64,000 nucleotides of DNA, from assembly GCF_009914755.1 (NCBI RefSeq), contig NC_060927.1, one strand, 5' to 3'. A program made the position numbers and the translations under genes. The notes under the pieces were generated by a model. The model did no database searches and was not told the origin of the DNA. It worked only from the letters and a program-made list of their open reading frames with translations. The first letter of the stretch is position 1; the number at the start of each line of letters is the position of its first letter. Positions 60,168-64,000 of the stretch are shown here, one piece after another. This DNA comes from the human T2T-CHM13v2.0 reference genome, Homo sapiens.

Positions 60168-60508
60168 GTTTCTTTTTTCTTTGTTTTTTGTTGTTGTTGT
60201 TGTTTGTTTGTTTGTTTTTTGTTTTGAGACAGAGTCTCGCTCTGTTCCCCAGGCTGGAGTGCAGTGGCACAATCTCGGCTCACAGCAAGCTCCGTCCGCC
60301 TCCTGGGTTCACGCCATTCTCCTGCCTCAGCCTCCTGAGTAGCTGAGACTACAGGCGCCCGCCACCACGCCTGGCTAATTTTTTGTATTTTTAGTAGAGA
60401 CGGGTTTCACCGTGTTAGCCAGCATGGTCTCGATCTCCTGACCTCGTGATCTGCCTGCCTTGGCCTCCCAAAGTGCTGGGATTACAGGCGTGAGCCACCG
60501 CGCCCGGC
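60168..60508 (-). mobile_element. AluY with (TTG)/(TTTG) tail, inside a MER5A-like remnant
   Basis: TSD ggctttgg(g/t)gtttct. Confidence 0.95.
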
Positions 60509-61088
60509 GGCTTTGGTGTTTCTTAAAGATTCCCAGGTAGTTAGGTGACTACAGTCATGGGCCCCTGGCTTAGTTGGGAAGTGCTTCATCTCTGAGACAC
60601 CAGGATTCGAATCCCCAGTTTTGCCGCTTAACAGCTTGGTGGCCATGGATCTGCCTCTCTAGTCCTGTGAATGAGCAGGAGAAAAAAGAAGGAGGGAGTG
60701 AGAGAAAGGGAAACAAGGAGAAATAGTTTGAGCAGTGCACCTGGCCATAAAACACCAGGGCGGGGCTGGGGGTGTCTTTGCAAATGGTCACGTCACACCA
60801 GGCCTAGCTGCACCCCAGTACACCAGGCCACCAGTACAGCTGTGGCACCCGCTCAGTCGTCTTCCTTTGCGGAGCACCTGCTGTCAGGGTTTATTGCAGA
60901 AGGAGCCAAGATCACACCTTTATGTAGGCAACAAAATAAATCCTTACAAAACATGAAAGGATTTTTACAGCCACCCTATGAAATGGGAACTGAGTACCCC
61001 CATTACAGAGAAGGAAACGGTTACATAGTCTATCTAAGGCCATGTGAAATGAAGGACTGGACTGGAACTAGAATGCAGACCTAGCTCA

Positions 61089-61551
<463 letters not shown>

Positions 61552-61730
61552 CTATGTCTATATACCTTTGCCATACATGCAAGATTCCATACCCAGTACG
61601 TTGCATCTGATGGCATGTTTTTCAGCCTTGTAGAGACAGCATCATGGGAAAGAAATCCTCCTCCTGCATCTTGTTTTTGTCTCTTAAAATTGTCTGTGAC
61701 GTTTATCCATGTGAATACATATATCTCTAA

Positions 61731-62086
<356 letters not shown>

Positions 62087-62116
62087 TTGCTTCCCGTTTT
62101 TTACTGTTATAGATAA

Positions 62117-62680
<564 letters not shown>

Positions 62681-62924
62681 TAGTTGCACAGAGAACTACA
62701 GCTAGACCATGTTCTTGGCTGTGACATCCTCGGCAAAGCCTGGATGGAGGTCACTGAGGCAAAGCTGAGCCAATATTGATTCAGAACATCCTGTTGCAAA
62801 ACATGGAGTGAAAGACATGAAGCAAAAGAGGCCTTTGGAAAGGTTTCTTGGCCATCTCCACCAACAATCTGCCTCAAGGCATCATCCTTTCGTCTTGACC
62901 TTTTGTTTAAAGGACTAAGTAGGG

Positions 62925-63051
62925 AGCCCAAACTCCTAGATTTGCCCAAGGTGGTCCCAATTCAGGCCAGTTGTCCCAGTGTAATTATTAATAGCACCAC
63001 CTTTGACTCTTCAAGGTGTTCAGGCTTGAAAGATAATTTATATGGCCACCT
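62925..63051. mobile_element. hAT-Blackjack MITE (MER94-like)
   Basis: 'gttgtcccagtgtaattattaatagcacc...gataatttatatggccacc'. Confidence 0.6.
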
Positions 63052-64000
63052 ACTGTAGGAGGGTGGGAATTCACATCAATTTCCTATCCACAGATACTCT
63101 GCTGTGGCCAACGTGGGGAAGACTGAATGATGGAGAGCCTGTTATACAAACCACAGGGGAACACTTGCCATTGTTTCTGCTATTGTCCCACAGTTGTTTA
63201 AGATGGAAGCAGGAGCCCCTGGAAGCTTTCAGAGAAGAAGCTAGCCAGAAACTCACAAGCCCTTTCCTTGAGAAGCTCTGGCCCCATCACTGCGGAGTGC
63301 TGGCCATGCTCCCTGGTCACTGCCCATGGGACGGCCAGCTCCCGGGCAGGTGGTGCTAAGCAGGTTGGCGGGTGTTACCCCTCCCAGTCTCCTCAAGATT
63401 AGAATCTGTTCCAGGCCACCAGACAGAGCTCCCTGCCAACGCTCTCACTAGAACTGTTCCTGGATGTGCTTCGAGAGCTGTGGCCAAGCTCTTGTGACAA
63501 CACCTCCTGGAATAACAAAGGGATCCTTTGTGGGCAATCGGCTCCAGCTAACAGCTTGCGGATGGCTGGACTCCCTCTGGCATTTTCTTTTCAAGACAGC
63601 CGCCCCCCCATTCCCATCCATTCAGCTCAAGACAATCTGAGATCGTACACAGATAATTGGGCCATTTGTTCAACCTGAAGAGGTAGGTCAGGTCGGCCTT
63701 CCAACATTGAAACTTCCGGAGGAAATGATGGGACACAATGGGAATCTGTGGGGGTGACAGCTCAGGGCATCCGCATTCGATGGTTCCCTTCCAGTATTGT
63801 GCCACCTCTGAGAGAAGGCCTTCAGCTCAGCAGTGTGCTCATGTGACAAGGGCTTATTCTTAGCAACAGGTCCACAAAGGATTTCCAACTAAGCAGCTTT
63901 GGAAACCTAGGCTCTTACTTGGAAGGGCAGGCCCATTGAGGATTGCTCTTGCCAATGGAGCTTCAAGACTCCTCTGGGGCCACCAACTCCATGAAGTCTT

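Overview
Primate (very probably human) non-coding DNA. No intact protein-coding gene is supported. About half the window is interspersed repeat: roughly 40 Alu copies or fragments (many with visible target-site duplications, TSDs), old L1M, L2, MIR and CR1 remnants, ERVL/MaLR LTRs, an ERVL pol remnant and small hAT DNA transposons. Non-repeat highlights: (1) an intronless TMEM45/TEDDM-family pseudogene on the minus strand (12496-11610; 4 premature stops and 1 frameshift), probably TEDDM3P, which from my recollection of synteny would place the window between CHRD and EPHB3 on 3q27 (unverified); (2) three CpG-island-like regions (about 3.3-4.8, 26.1-26.95 and 38.1-39.0 kb); (3) strong CTCF motifs that all point the same way; (4) an ancient direct duplication (26.0-28.1 kb versus 56.3-59.4 kb) in which both copies keep a CTCF core but only one keeps its CpGs; (5) a candidate decayed multi-exon gene or lncRNA exon set at 20.3-21.9 kb; (6) a 42 x 30-bp minisatellite, a ~1-kb CCT-rich pyrimidine tract and several hairpin or template-switch scars. 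Repeat subfamily names and repeat edges were judged by eye and are approximate.
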